This document shows, in pieces, positions 45,894 through 55,256 of a stretch of 64,000 bases of DNA (its first letter is position 1; every line of letters starts with the position of its first letter). The position numbers and the translations under genes are program-made. This DNA comes from a virus. Location of the stretch: the IMG/VR virus record IMGVR_UViG_3300020020_000003, positions 1,075 through 65,074 of that record. One strand, 5' to 3'. The notes below the pieces were generated by a model. The model ran no database searches and was not told the origin of the DNA. It saw only the letters and a list, made by a program, of their open reading frames with translations.

Positions 45894-47207
45894 ATGGCTA
45901 TTGATTTTCCATCTAATCCAGTTCTGGACCAGGTCTACAAGGACCCGCTCACAGAGATTGAATTCAAGTGGAACGGATATGGATGGGATGCAAAGCCAGT
46001 TCCTCCTTCCTATAGTCAGGAGGAGTCTGACGCTCGCTTTGTTCATATCACCGGCGATCTAATGAAAGGAGTTCTCTACCATCCGTTCACACCGACTGTT
46101 CCTGACCATGTTGCTAATAAAAGATATGTTGATATGGTTATTGAGATGCTTCCAACGCCGGAAGAACCTGGAATTAGTCAAGCTGCTGCCGATGCACGAT
46201 ATGTTAACATTACCGGCGATGCGATGACAGGCTATCTGTCCTTGCATGCGCTTCCGACCGATCCGATGCATGCCTCGACTAAACAATACGTCGATCAGGC
46301 CATTGCTGCGATTCCTCCTCCTGCTCAGAGTGGAATTAGCCAAGGTGATGCTGATGCGCGCTACGTCAATATAACCGGCGACACGATGTCGGGTGGACTT
46401 CAGATTAATTCAAATCTTGGAGTCGCGGGGCGTACAGATACGAATTATATCTCAAACGTTGGAGACATGGATAATTCTGGCCAGATGCGTATGAATACGA
46501 TTGTCTGTGCCAGCTCGTCGACGTTCAACGGTCACATGTTCAGTAACTATGGCCGTTTCTCCATGTTCGCTAATAATAATCCTTGCGTTCAACTCTTTCA
46601 CTCAACTGGTTCGTCATTTGGGCTTTGGTCTACTCAAGGTCCGGATTTTTATATGGCAATGGGTAACACCGACGGAAATGGAAATTCTTTGGATGCTATG
46701 TGGTGGGTCAATGGCGCAAAGGTTCAGGCTTGGTCAAACCAGGCTTATAAGCCTGCGGGTGGTGCCTGGTTTGCATCTTCTGATGCACGCATCAAGAATG
46801 TTCTCGGAAATTACGAAGGCGGTCTTACTCAGATTCTTTCGATACAGCCAGTTCGATACAAATATAGAGGTAATGATACAGCCAGAACACCAGAGCATCA
46901 TGTCGATCTTGATGAAAATCATAATCGCATGCCGACGCCGCAAACTCCCCCTGCGGCTCCTTATGGAAACAGTCCACACTATATGGTGGCAATTGCTGAT
47001 AAAGAATTTATAGGTCTTGTTGCTCAAGATGTCGAAACGATTATGCCAGAGATGATTGTAATAAATCCAGGCATGATTGATGGAGTTCTGGTCTCAGATC
47101 TTCGAGATATAGATTCAAGTGCATTGACTTACGCTCTGATCAATGCCGTCAAAGAACTTAACGCCAAGGTCGAGGCGTTAGAAGCTCAACTGGCTGCTCG
47201 CAGCTGA
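45894..47207 (+). CDS. tail fibre (IDFP type) with S74-like chaperone
   Basis: MAIDFPSNP...WNGYGW; SDARIKNV...GLVAQDVE...ALINAVKEL. Confidence 0.8.
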   Translation: MAIDFPSNPVLDQVYKDPLTEIEFKWNGYGWDAKPVPPSYSQEESDARFVHITGDLMKGVLYHPFTPTVPDHVANKRYVDMVIEMLPTPEEPGISQAAADARYVNITGDAMTGYLSLHALPTDPMHASTKQYVDQAIAAIPPPAQSGISQGDADARYVNITGDTMSGGLQINSNLGVAGRTDTNYISNVGDMDNSGQMRMNTIVCASSSTFNGHMFSNYGRFSMFANNNPCVQLFHSTGSSFGLWSTQGPDFYMAMGNTDGNGNSLDAMWWVNGAKVQAWSNQAYKPAGGAWFASSDARIKNVLGNYEGGLTQILSIQPVRYKYRGNDTARTPEHHVDLDENHNRMPTPQTPPAAPYGNSPHYMVAIADKEFIGLVAQDVETIMPEMIVINPGMIDGVLVSDLRDIDSSALTYALINAVKELNAKVEALEAQLAARS

Positions 47208-47226
47208 CAAAAGGAAGTAACCAACC

Positions 47227-48579
47227 ATGCCCATGTTCCCAGACAGTGGCGTTCCAGCAGCAGACGCCAAGAACAGTATTGACGTAAACACCCCTGCTGG
47301 ATGTAATGAACTGTGGTACAGCACCAGTCGCTGTCAGCCACGGTTTGATCCAGCCGCAGCTAACGCGATGTTAGCTGAAGATATGAATCTGATTATGAAG
47401 GGAGAGTTGCAATACGACTGCTCCCGTCTTGATCACATCGAACGTGCGGTGCGATATATTAATCAGCGCGGATTGCCTCGATCGACATATATGACAGGAG
47501 GGCCGAATAACTATTCGGCTGCTCTCGATCCGGTAGCCACACGCTACAACAATTTCATGACATTGACTGTTGTTCCTGAGACAACTAACCAAGCTGTTGT
47601 TACAATCAATATCAACGGTCTGGGTGGAGTATATCTTCTGCGCAACGATGGGCAGCATCTCGAACGGCTTGATCTGCGCGCAGGCATCCCGTACATTATC
47701 TGCTATCTCAATGGTTACTTCTACGTCTGCGGAATGGTTGCCAGTCAGGTCCCATTGCTAGTCAAAGGCGGCATCGACTGTTGGATTCGCACTGACGGAA
47801 ATGATGCGACCGGTGATGGTACGCTGAACACGCCCGATAAGGCGTTCCGTACTATTGCTGGCTGCTGGAACGCGGTTGGTTCACGTTATGCGGCTACGCC
47901 TTTGTTCTCGATCAATATGCGACTTGGTATCCCGGGAACCTATGACGGTACTTCGATCAGTGCATTCGGCGGTGCTGTATCACTAACTGGAGATCAGAAC
48001 AATCCAGGCTCGTATCGAATTCGATCTGCATTTATGCACATCGATTTATATTCTTGCATGTGGATGGAATCGATTGCGAGCATGTCATTCCTGGGTGTCA
48101 CTTTCGAGATGGCTCATGCAGGACCAGACGCTATGGCAGGTGTTCGTGCTATGGGATCTCGAGTCTTTGTGAACAATTGTCAGTTCGAAATGTTGGTCGA
48201 TAACCCGCGTTCACGTTTCGTTGACTGTGCAGACGGAGAGTTTGCTCAGTTCAAGGGTAACAATCGTTTCCTTGGCAACAACCATATAATGGGTGGAGCG
48301 ATTGTCTGTTACGGTCACGGTTCGGTTGGACATACTTATCTTCTTCTTGGAGAGACAGGCTTCTGGCACTTCTCAAACATTCGTATGAATGCAGGTGCAG
48401 TATTCTTCTGGTGTACGTCTCTCGGTGTTATGAGTTGGGGCGGCACTGATGTACTTGTCAGCAACTGTACTGGAATTCAATACTTTGTTGCTGAGAATGC
48501 CATCATTAACATGAACGGGCATCCGTGTCCAGGTAATACCCCAGGCAGTGCAAGTTCGGGTGGTCAATTCCTAGCATAA
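47227..48579 (+). CDS. baseplate-anchored tail spike (beta-helix-like C-terminus)
   Basis: N-terminal anchor similar to 36320; WIRTDGNDATGDG...AFRTI motif preceding a pectin-lyase-like region. Confidence 0.7.
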   Translation: MPMFPDSGVPAADAKNSIDVNTPAGCNELWYSTSRCQPRFDPAAANAMLAEDMNLIMKGELQYDCSRLDHIERAVRYINQRGLPRSTYMTGGPNNYSAALDPVATRYNNFMTLTVVPETTNQAVVTININGLGGVYLLRNDGQHLERLDLRAGIPYIICYLNGYFYVCGMVASQVPLLVKGGIDCWIRTDGNDATGDGTLNTPDKAFRTIAGCWNAVGSRYAATPLFSINMRLGIPGTYDGTSISAFGGAVSLTGDQNNPGSYRIRSAFMHIDLYSCMWMESIASMSFLGVTFEMAHAGPDAMAGVRAMGSRVFVNNCQFEMLVDNPRSRFVDCADGEFAQFKGNNRFLGNNHIMGGAIVCYGHGSVGHTYLLLGETGFWHFSNIRMNAGAVFFWCTSLGVMSWGGTDVLVSNCTGIQYFVAENAIINMNGHPCPGNTPGSASSGGQFLA

Positions 48580-48591
48580 CAGGAGAATAAA

Positions 48592-48789
48592 ATGACTGAG
48601 AGCAAGACGCCTCCTTTCCCCGGTCCATGGGAACCGGAGATCAAAAACATGCCTGAGCCTCCGGTTGCAACTGTGAGAGAAGAGATTCCAAATCCAGCTC
48701 TACTTCCGCCTGCGCAGTGGCCGGCAGAAAATCCAGTGTACATCGCCATGATGGCGAAGTCGCGCGAAGGATTGACTTCTACCGAATGA
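48592..48789 (+). CDS. small Pro-rich hypothetical protein (possible spike chaperone)
   Basis: AGGAG RBS. Confidence 0.5.
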   Translation: MTESKTPPFPGPWEPEIKNMPEPPVATVREEIPNPALLPPAQWPAENPVYIAMMAKSREGLTSTE

Positions 48790-49193
48790 CGAACAACGGA
48801 AAGCTGGAACAGGCTTTTGGAATAGTCAGATCACTCAATCTGACCAACATTCTAATCCTGTTCCTTATCGTTGTTATTGCCATTCCGGCTTACTTCGCCT
48901 ATCGCTTTATGAGCGATATAGGATTTCGGCGCGAGTTCATGTCGTCGGCAATCATTCTAGATCAGCATGTTCCTTGCATCGTGTTGGAGGGACATCGCTA
49001 CGGGGCGCAGCAGGCTCGCCACAGTGTCTTTGTCGTATATGGTTTAGACGGTCGCATGGAGAAACTACTTGGCCTACGCGCACCTGGACCATTAGATGGC
49101 GACGAGCTAACCGATCTGTGCAAGCGAGTTGTGACGTTGTCTGAAGAGATCAATGAGTTTCGACGTAAGGAGATGTTGGAGAAAGACAAATAG
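48786..49193 (+). CDS. single-TM membrane protein, holin/antiholin candidate
   Basis: one N-terminal hydrophobic helix, soluble domain with 2 Cys; immediately before endolysin. Confidence 0.5.
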   Translation: MTNNGKLEQAFGIVRSLNLTNILILFLIVVIAIPAYFAYRFMSDIGFRREFMSSAIILDQHVPCIVLEGHRYGAQQARHSVFVVYGLDGRMEKLLGLRAPGPLDGDELTDLCKRVVTLSEEINEFRRKEMLEKDK

Positions 49194-49202
49194 GAGGATC
49201 CT

Positions 49203-49850
49203 ATGGCCTACGGTCGAGTTGTTATATCATCCGGGCATGGTAAGTATGTGCGCGGAGCAAGCGGTATTATCGATGAGGTAGATGAAGCTCGACATGTGGT
49301 CGAGCAACTTGCCACCGAGTTAGATAATCGAGGTGTTGAGGTCGATATTTTCCACGACGACACTTCAAAGGATCAAAGTACCAATCTCGATACCATTGTT
49401 GAGTATCATAATTCGCAACAACGCGATTTAGACATATCAGTTCATTTCAATGCGTTCGAACAACGCGAAGGCCCTGTGGGAACTGAGGTTCTCTACGTCA
49501 CACAGGCGGCACTCGCTGGCCAGGTCAGCGCCGCCATAGCCGCATGTGGCTTCATTGATCGTGGTGCGAAGAAGCGCACCGATCTCTACTTCCTCAACAA
49601 TACATCGAAGCCTGCGATCTTGATCGAGGTGTGCTTTGTAGACAGTGAGGCTGACTGCAACATCTATGGTGGCAGTCTTGATGCGATCTGCAATGCTATT
49701 GCTACCGTTCTTGGGGGTCCAATTACTGATGAAGAAGAGGGTGAGGAAACCCAACCTCCGATTCAGGCTGCGTTACCCCGGGTCGATATCGAGGTCTCGG
49801 GCGAGGTGCTGATCTACGTCAACGGTCAGCAAGTTGGAACCAAAGGATAG
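49203..49850 (+). CDS. endolysin, N-acetylmuramoyl-L-alanine amidase (Amidase_3)
   Basis: ISSGHG, ISVHFNA, GTEV, PAILIEVCFVD Zn-amidase motifs. Confidence 0.92.
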   Translation: MAYGRVVISSGHGKYVRGASGIIDEVDEARHVVEQLATELDNRGVEVDIFHDDTSKDQSTNLDTIVEYHNSQQRDLDISVHFNAFEQREGPVGTEVLYVTQAALAGQVSAAIAACGFIDRGAKKRTDLYFLNNTSKPAILIEVCFVDSEADCNIYGGSLDAICNAIATVLGGPITDEEEGEETQPPIQAALPRVDIEVSGEVLIYVNGQQVGTKG

Positions 49851-49859
49851 GAGAACGTC

Positions 49860-50036
49860 ATGGGTGCGAATATCTGGTTCTGGTTGATCTACGTTCTGAT
49901 TGGTGTCCTCGGTATACTTGGTCTTGGACCTTGGAGAACTCAACAGTATCCGTGGGCTCCATTCGGTTCCTGGCTCATTCTATTCGTTCTGATCGGCATT
50001 CTCGGAATCGCGGTATTCGGATCCCCTATACGCTGA
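49860..50036 (+). CDS. 58-aa two-TM protein, holin candidate (not in ORF track)
   Basis: AGGAG RBS; MGANIWFWLIYVLIGVLGILGLG...WLILFVLIGILGIAVFGSPIR. Confidence 0.6.
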   Translation: MGANIWFWLIYVLIGVLGILGLGPWRTQQYPWAPFGSWLILFVLIGILGIAVFGSPIR

Positions 50037-50159
50037 GAGGGAATCGCCTCCAATAGGCGATCCCTATATTGGAATGGATCGGAGCAAGGTGCCACCACTG
50101 CCTCCATATCCACCGGCACCTCCTTCGATCTGCAAAGGGTGTTGAAACGGAGATAAGCA

Positions 50160-50345
50160 ATGCGGGTGATACTTAGGGACAATCGTGTGGTATCGTTATC
50201 TACTTCGACAACACAATACCTTCTGCCTCTGATAGAGGAAGAAGTAGTGGATGCACCCCCTCGTGTTAATCTAGGTTGGTATCGCGAAGGGAGAGACTGG
50301 GTTCCACCCGAACTTCACAACAACGAAAGGAGAACCACACTATGA
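50160..50345 (+). CDS. small hypothetical protein
   Basis: GGAG RBS. Confidence 0.5.
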   Translation: MRVILRDNRVVSLSTSTTQYLLPLIEEEVVDAPPRVNLGWYREGRDWVPPELHNNERRTTL

Positions 50346-50419
50346 AGATCATCTGTCGGCCCGGTGGCTGTACGGTGCCGATCCCTCTACCAGCAGACTA
50401 CCCACAACCCTTGCCTTGA
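50342..50419 (+). CDS. 25-aa CRPGGC peptide (not in ORF track)
   Basis: AAGGAG RBS; MKIICRPGGCTVPIPLPADYPQPLP; last ORF before terminator. Confidence 0.45.
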   Translation: MKIICRPGGCTVPIPLPADYPQPLP

Positions 50420-50434
50420 ACTAGGTTACATTTG

Positions 50435-50475
50435 AGTAAGCGCGGCACTGCGGGAGCGTGCTGCGCTTACTTTTT
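50435..50475 (+). terminator. intrinsic terminator ending the late operon
   Basis: AGTAAGCGCGGCAC/GTGCTGCGCTTACT then TTTT. Confidence 0.8.
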
Positions 50476-50500
50476 GATCGCTATACAGGCCGCGTGCGGG

Positions 50501-50575
50501 GCGGCTACAGCAAGATCTAGTTGTAGCCGCTATAGGGGGTGCGGCGCAATTTGCGCCGCTGTACAAGCCCCCTAG
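50501..50575. repeat. cluster of inverted repeats at the transcription convergence point
   Basis: GCGGCTACA/TGTAGCCGC, GCGGCGCAA-T-TTGCGCCGC, GGGGG/CCCCC. Confidence 0.65.
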
Positions 50576-50748
50576 CGCCCCTCTTTATCATCTTCTTTAT
50601 CTTGTTTTCTACGCTTAGTTTCATTCTCATATCTAACAAGTTCAAGGTAATCTTTATTGAATTCGATTGTCCTTCTTCTTAATCTTTCTTTCTGAGATAA
50701 ACCTTTCTTGATAGCTTTCTTAGTTCTTTGACGTCCAAGGCCAGTCAT
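50572..50748 (-). CDS. 58-aa highly charged protein (not in ORF track)
   Basis: AGGAGG RBS; MTGLGRQRTKKAIKK... Confidence 0.5.
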   Translation of the reverse strand: MTGLGRQRTKKAIKKGLSQKERLRRRTIEFNKDYLELVRYENETKRRKQDKEDDKEGR

Positions 50749-50804
50749 AGATTTTTCCTCCTACGCCCCGTTAACTTTCTTTACCCTGACTCCTCTATTT
50801 TTAC

Positions 50805-51002
50805 TCATATCTTATCCGAGTCCATTCTAAGTACTGCATTCTTATCATTGATGCGTGTGTACTCACCTGACTTAAGCTTCAGAAAGATATGGGTACCACA
50901 TTCTGGGCAATAGTTCGGAAGGCGCGGATTGACCCAACACAGCATCAGATGACAGCACGGCATCTCCATTAGCCGGAATTGGATTATTTGATTAGTTATC
51001 AC
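50805..51002 (-). CDS. small Zn-ribbon-like protein
   Basis: PCC...C...YCPECG. Confidence 0.5.
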   Translation of the reverse strand: MITNQIIQFRLMEMPCCHLMLCWVNPRLPNYCPECGTHIFLKLKSGEYTRINDKNAVLRMDSDKI

Positions 51003-51017
51003 GGGGTTCTTCCTGTG

Positions 51018-51305
51018 TCATGCGACTAACCTCAGTTTGGGCTTGCGCCTGACTGTCTTGCGCTCGCCGATGCGGAAGCTTGCCCTCACCGAATTGGCGA
51101 CGGCCGCGACGCAACAATAACGCGGTGAAATGGTGGCTCCGAAGAACCAATTGCGGAGTGTGGTGTTCGTCACGCCGCTCGACTTGGAAATTTGAGCGAT
51201 CACCGTGCCGAACTTGACGCCTTGGGCTTCCGCTTCGAATTGCAGCGCCGTGCGCAACAGATCGATCACGGGGTCTTTGGTCTTGAACAGATAGGACTTG
51301 TACAT
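51018..51305 (-). CDS. XRE-like helix-turn-helix DNA-binding protein
   Basis: IAQISKSSGVTNTTLRNWFFG.TISP; AAGGAG RBS. Confidence 0.65.
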   Translation of the reverse strand: MYKSYLFKTKDPVIDLLRTALQFEAEAQGVKFGTVIAQISKSSGVTNTTLRNWFFGATISPRYCCVAAVANSVRASFRIGERKTVRRKPKLRLVA

Positions 51306-51333
51306 CTTAGTCTCCTTGTGTGATTGGTATCTT

Positions 51334-51642
51334 TTATTTGGTATCCCAGACAGTCTGCATGAAACGTTCTAATTTAGCCTGCTTACCATCCCATCCGCTA
51401 TCCATGGCGGTCGTCCGCATCAGACCCATTTTGTGGGCCATCATTCCGATGTAAATAGTTTCACCGTATTCGATACTTAGATGATCAACGTTTGCCATGC
51501 CGTCTGGCCGATTCTCTTTCCCAAAGCGAATCAATTTAGAGGCGGCTAGGATAACCTCAGCACATTCCTCCATTAGGATTGTGAGAATTTCCTTCTCGTG
51601 GGCACTGAGGGGTGTTCCTGTAGGTGTGTACTTCTTGGTCAT
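51334..51642 (-). CDS. MazG-like nucleotide pyrophosphohydrolase
   Basis: EECAEVI.AASK.IRFG...L..E.GE motif. Confidence 0.6.
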   Translation of the reverse strand: MTKKYTPTGTPLSAHEKEILTILMEECAEVILAASKLIRFGKENRPDGMANVDHLSIEYGETIYIGMMAHKMGLMRTTAMDSGWDGKQAKLERFMQTVWDTK

Positions 51643-52290
51643 TTGTTTTCCAGACTGTTTGGTGGTAGTGAATAGACAATTATCCAGCTTTTCTTGCACT
51701 GACTGGTTTTCTGCGGAATTCTTCTTTTGATCACAAGCCCTCGCACTACAAGCGTCTCGAGGGTCTTTCGCATGTCGGAGTAACCCATCCAGGTCCATTC
51801 CGACTGTGTAGTCCACGACCCGTGGACGTTGAGCGCCTTCAACACCATCATTTGGGTGTGCCCGATAGGCCTCATGACTTCTTCCTTGAGACAGTACCCA
51901 TCAGAAGATGAGTAGCGTAGGCTTTAGTCTCCGGTTCACCGTTGACGAACCAAGCGAACCGATTGCATGCTGGATAGTAGGCGCAGGCCACGTTGCCCCG
52001 TGTAGCCTTTCCTGTCGTGCTTCCGGCGATACCCTTACTGGAGTTTCGTATTGCCTCAGCTTGAATTGATTTTACGAGTGGAGACTCCGTTTTCACTTCA
52101 ATCCCCACAGATCAATTTGCTGCTCCTGAAGTGTCTTCCACTGTGTAGCGCCACCGTCGTGGAAGGATTCCATGTGGCGATCGTACGCGGCTTCTTCTGC
52201 ATTTTCGGTACACGATTTGCAGATGAGTTCCCCGTAGTCGTTCGGGGGAAGATTACAGGGGCAGGCACACTTCTCGCAGGGAGGGGTCAT
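51639..52290 (-). other. three small coupled hypothetical ORFs (51639-51875, 51872-52108, 52093-52290)
   Basis: overlapping starts and stops; the first is winged-helix-like, the last has CxxC pairs. Confidence 0.45.
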
Positions 52291-52634
52291 TTGAGTTTCT
52301 CCAGATATCCAATCTCGACTGACTTACTATCGAACACCTCAACCATGGCTTCGCCAAGTTGGAAACCGAGCGACTGTGCTATCAGATCAAGATAGACACC
52401 AGTATCGCCAATCTCCTTGCGCAGCTTCGCACGTAACACATCGTCAGCTTCCTTGTTTCCAGGAATGCCGTCGCGCGAGCGATTGAGTTTCTTAGCGATG
52501 TTGGCCGCCTCTCCAAGCTCCCCCATGATCGCAACGAACCAGTCGCTGGTTGACCAACCAGATAGCGGATGATTAAAACCATCCCGTGCTTCGCAACGGG
52601 TACGATTGGCCTTGCTGAATTCCTCGAACGTCAT
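52287..52634 (-). CDS. MazG-like nucleotide pyrophosphohydrolase
   Basis: GELGEAANIAKK...EIGD..VYLDLIAQ.LG..L. Confidence 0.75.
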   Translation of the reverse strand: MTFEEFSKANRTRCEARDGFNHPLSGWSTSDWFVAIMGELGEAANIAKKLNRSRDGIPGNKEADDVLRAKLRKEIGDTGVYLDLIAQSLGFQLGEAMVEVFDSKSVEIGYLEKLK

Positions 52635-52639
52635 CTTGT

Positions 52640-53401
52640 TTATCTCCCGTCTACTTGTGAAGGTAACATGGAACGGATTTTACTGATCTCATCTTCCCAA
52701 TGTCCTCTATCGGGGTGCCCGTTGCCATTCGGTATGGATGCAGGGGTCTGCAGACCTTTGAATAGGTCAGCGGTCTTGCCACAGAACGCTACATAGGATC
52801 CGATGACGTCAGTAATCTCGAGTGTTCGTGCGCCGATATCGTTTTCGAATTTAGTAGCTATCTGGCGTATAGCTTCTGCCATCTTATCCGATTGTTCGAC
52901 CACGGCTTTGATATCCGCAACCATACGGTCAGCAGATGTTCGAACTGCATCAGTAGTCAGGCTAGCGATTCTTTGGTTCTCAGTCATTCAGATCTCCTGG
53001 TTGCTTTGTCGTAGAGATGGGGTATGCAGTACTTGACTAGGTCTAATGTTGCCTTTACAGATAAAGTTGTCTCGCAGATGATTGTTCCATCCGCGCGATA
53101 AGAAAAGATGTGAAGACCAATTGCTGGGTCGTCACAAAATGTGACGTCATAATGATCAGCCTTCTCGACCTCAGGACCGGAAGGTCGGTAGTCGAATTCC
53201 ATTTTTGTCACCGGCTTATACTTTATGATAATAGTCGAGCACCATCTCTATGCTGCACGATTGTTTGAGACCGTTATCCATCTTGACGAGGTGGGTGATA
53301 CCATGCCCCATTAACATACGCAGAATTGCTGCACCATTTGGCGTGGTCTGCAATTCTTTACCTAAATTGTCCCACTTGACTTCGATATCTTTCATCTGCA
53401 A
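52640..53401 (-). other. three small hypothetical ORFs (52640-52987 coiled coil, 52984-53211, 53216-53401)
   Basis: coupled minus-strand ORFs with RBS-like motifs. Confidence 0.45.
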
Positions 53402-53811
53402 CTCGTCTTGACGACGCTCCCTGAACGGTAACTACGACATTGTGAATAGAAATCCTTGCCGTCGCAGGTTGTGATGCTCACTGAACCACTACGGCGTGTA
53501 GTGCAGCTGGCTGCCTCACTAGGGTTCGGCAGCAGAAATGCTGTGAGCAACATTAGCGTTGCGGCAATTCTTTTCATCTTTAACTTCGGGCGCTTTCTAG
53601 GTAATACTATGCAGACTCGCCCTACGAATTGACTGAATCCCGATTCTGAATTAGCTAGACGAGCAATATTATCTCGATCGACTGCAATAAACATTCGAGA
53701 TATAGTTACTTCGTGTTGAACTCTATCAGCCACACTCTGGGCGGCATTGTGAGCGTTTGTCTTATTGGCAAAGAAACGTTTCTCTCCGGCATCTATGTAG
53801 TAGAGATTCAT
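53392..53811 (-). CDS. hypothetical protein with internal signal-peptide-like segment and 4-Cys C-terminal peptide
   Basis: internal MKRIAATLMLLTAFLLPNPSEA-ASC (ATG 53577). Confidence 0.5.
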   Translation of the reverse strand: MNLYYIDAGEKRFFANKTNAHNAAQSVADRVQHEVTISRMFIAVDRDNIARLANSESGFSQFVGRVCIVLPRKRPKLKMKRIAATLMLLTAFLLPNPSEAASCTTRRSGSVSITTCDGKDFYSQCRSYRSGSVVKTSCR

Positions 53812-53842
53812 TGCTTACTCCCGTTTAGCTTGACGGTAACAC

Positions 53843-53871
53843 ATTATTGCACATTACGCAGTGGATGTCAA
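53843..53871 (-). promoter_or_regulatory. putative sigma70 promoter
   Basis: minus strand TTGACA-N17-AATAAT. Confidence 0.6.
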
Positions 53872-54739
53872 GGGCGAGCCTTTCGAGGTTGAATAATGAT
53901 ATCTACCTCAGAACCTGTCTCGAGACCTTCTGGTTTTTCGTACCCAACAAAGAGAGCTTCCCAGCTTCCCTCGAAGTGTACAAACCATCCTAAGTTTTCC
54001 ATTATAGTTATTGCTTCTCCATTCTTATCTTTTCTGCTATAAGAAATACGTTTCTTTTCCTCAAGTTTCTTTACTCGAGTCGGGATGCGAATGTTCACGC
54101 TTCTCCACTCCAGATCTTATCTAGTTGATCATAATCTTTATCGATATGAACAGGTAACATGCCCAACTTCATCCACATTTCATAATGTTTATTGACTTGA
54201 TAAAGTAGATAGAAATATCTGATGTGTCTTATGATGATCCAGCGTTTCATTTTCTTATCTTTCTAATTCTTCACGAGTAGCAAGCCAGGTGCATTCACCA
54301 AGTAATCTTACCTTATCTCGATTTTTATTTATCCATTTTAAGATATCAACACTGGATCTCGCAACCATTAATTCTTTTGTACGTTCTGAAATACGTATCA
54401 TAGCTTCGGTATCAAGTTGATCTACAGCTTTCATTTTCTGAATCCCTTACAGGCTAATTTCACTGAGCGGGGATCGTCTGCGCGACCTGCGGTACTAATA
54501 CTAACACGAAGGTCGCATTTCGGACATTCAATGATATAATACCCTATTCGTTTTGCTGGATAGGGTAACATGACAAGGCACATCTCTTTCTGGCCCTTAG
54601 ACATATCGAGATCAATGCCAAGAGGGTATTTCGGATTGGGTCTACTTTCAGCCTCTGCTTTACTGTCGACCCATTGAATTCTGTGATTCATTGACGTGGC
54701 TCCAATGCATCGCTCTCTTCGACACATAGTTTGCCACAA
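53868..54739 (-). other. small hypothetical ORFs (53868-54098, 54431-54739 with CxxC)
   Basis: ORF track; the intervening AT-rich stretch probably holds further sub-60-aa ORFs. Confidence 0.4.
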
Positions 54740-54897
54740 GTCACGAGACCCACTACTGTGGCGTTGAAATCCTTTCCGTCCGATTTAGCTATCTCAATAA
54801 TCTCCTTGAACAACTTGGGTGGAAAACGAACAGCGATCTGTTTCTTACCATCGCCTCTGATTATTCCAACTGGATATTTCATCTTCTGCATCTCCAT
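54688..54897 (-). CDS. ribbon-helix-helix (Arc-like) DNA-binding protein
   Basis: KKQIAVRFPPKLFKEI...AK...D.NA.VV.LV pattern. Confidence 0.55.
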   Translation of the reverse strand: MEMQKMKYPVGIIRGDGKKQIAVRFPPKLFKEIIEIAKSDGKDFNATVVGLVTCGKLCVEESDALEPRQ

Positions 54898-55256
54898 TTA
54901 TATCTTCCTACGTAGACTTTACGCATACCATGAGCTCTACAGATTTCTGATCGAGCTGGTCTAAATCTAGTTCTTCTATGGGGTCTTTTAATCTCTTCTT
55001 CTATCTGAGGCGCAACCTCTTTTACTTCAACTGTTTCAATGGGTTCTCGAGTGATTGCAATAGTTTTAACGGTATTAATCTTCGGAGGAGAGACTATAAC
55101 GTTGCTCGGTGTGTTACCCCATCGCTCCTGAAGTGTGGCGCGTATCTCCTGTTTAACGATTGGCTGTTTTCGCGGTGGTTCTCGCCCGATAAAAGTTATG
55201 CCCCAGGCAATAAGAGTGGCGCCGAAGCCGGCAAATATGAAGATAAGTTTTGTCAA
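54879..55256 (-). CDS. membrane-anchored protein with C-terminal 2-Cys basic domain
   Basis: N-terminal TM helix; ICRAHGMRKVY...WRCRR. Confidence 0.55.
   Translation of the reverse strand: MTKLIFIFAGFGATLIAWGITFIGREPPRKQPIVKQEIRATLQERWGNTPSNVIVSPPKINTVKTIAITREPIETVEVKEVAPQIEEEIKRPHRRTRFRPARSEICRAHGMRKVYVGRYKWRCRR

Noticed and set aside
36320-48579. Diversity-generating retroelement acting on the fibres
   Set aside because: No reverse transcriptase in the window and no template/variable repeat pair differing at adenines seen by eye; not excluded outside the window
49860-50419. Canonical Rz/Rz1 spanin pair
   Set aside because: No TM-anchored coiled-coil i-spanin or lipobox-bearing o-spanin found
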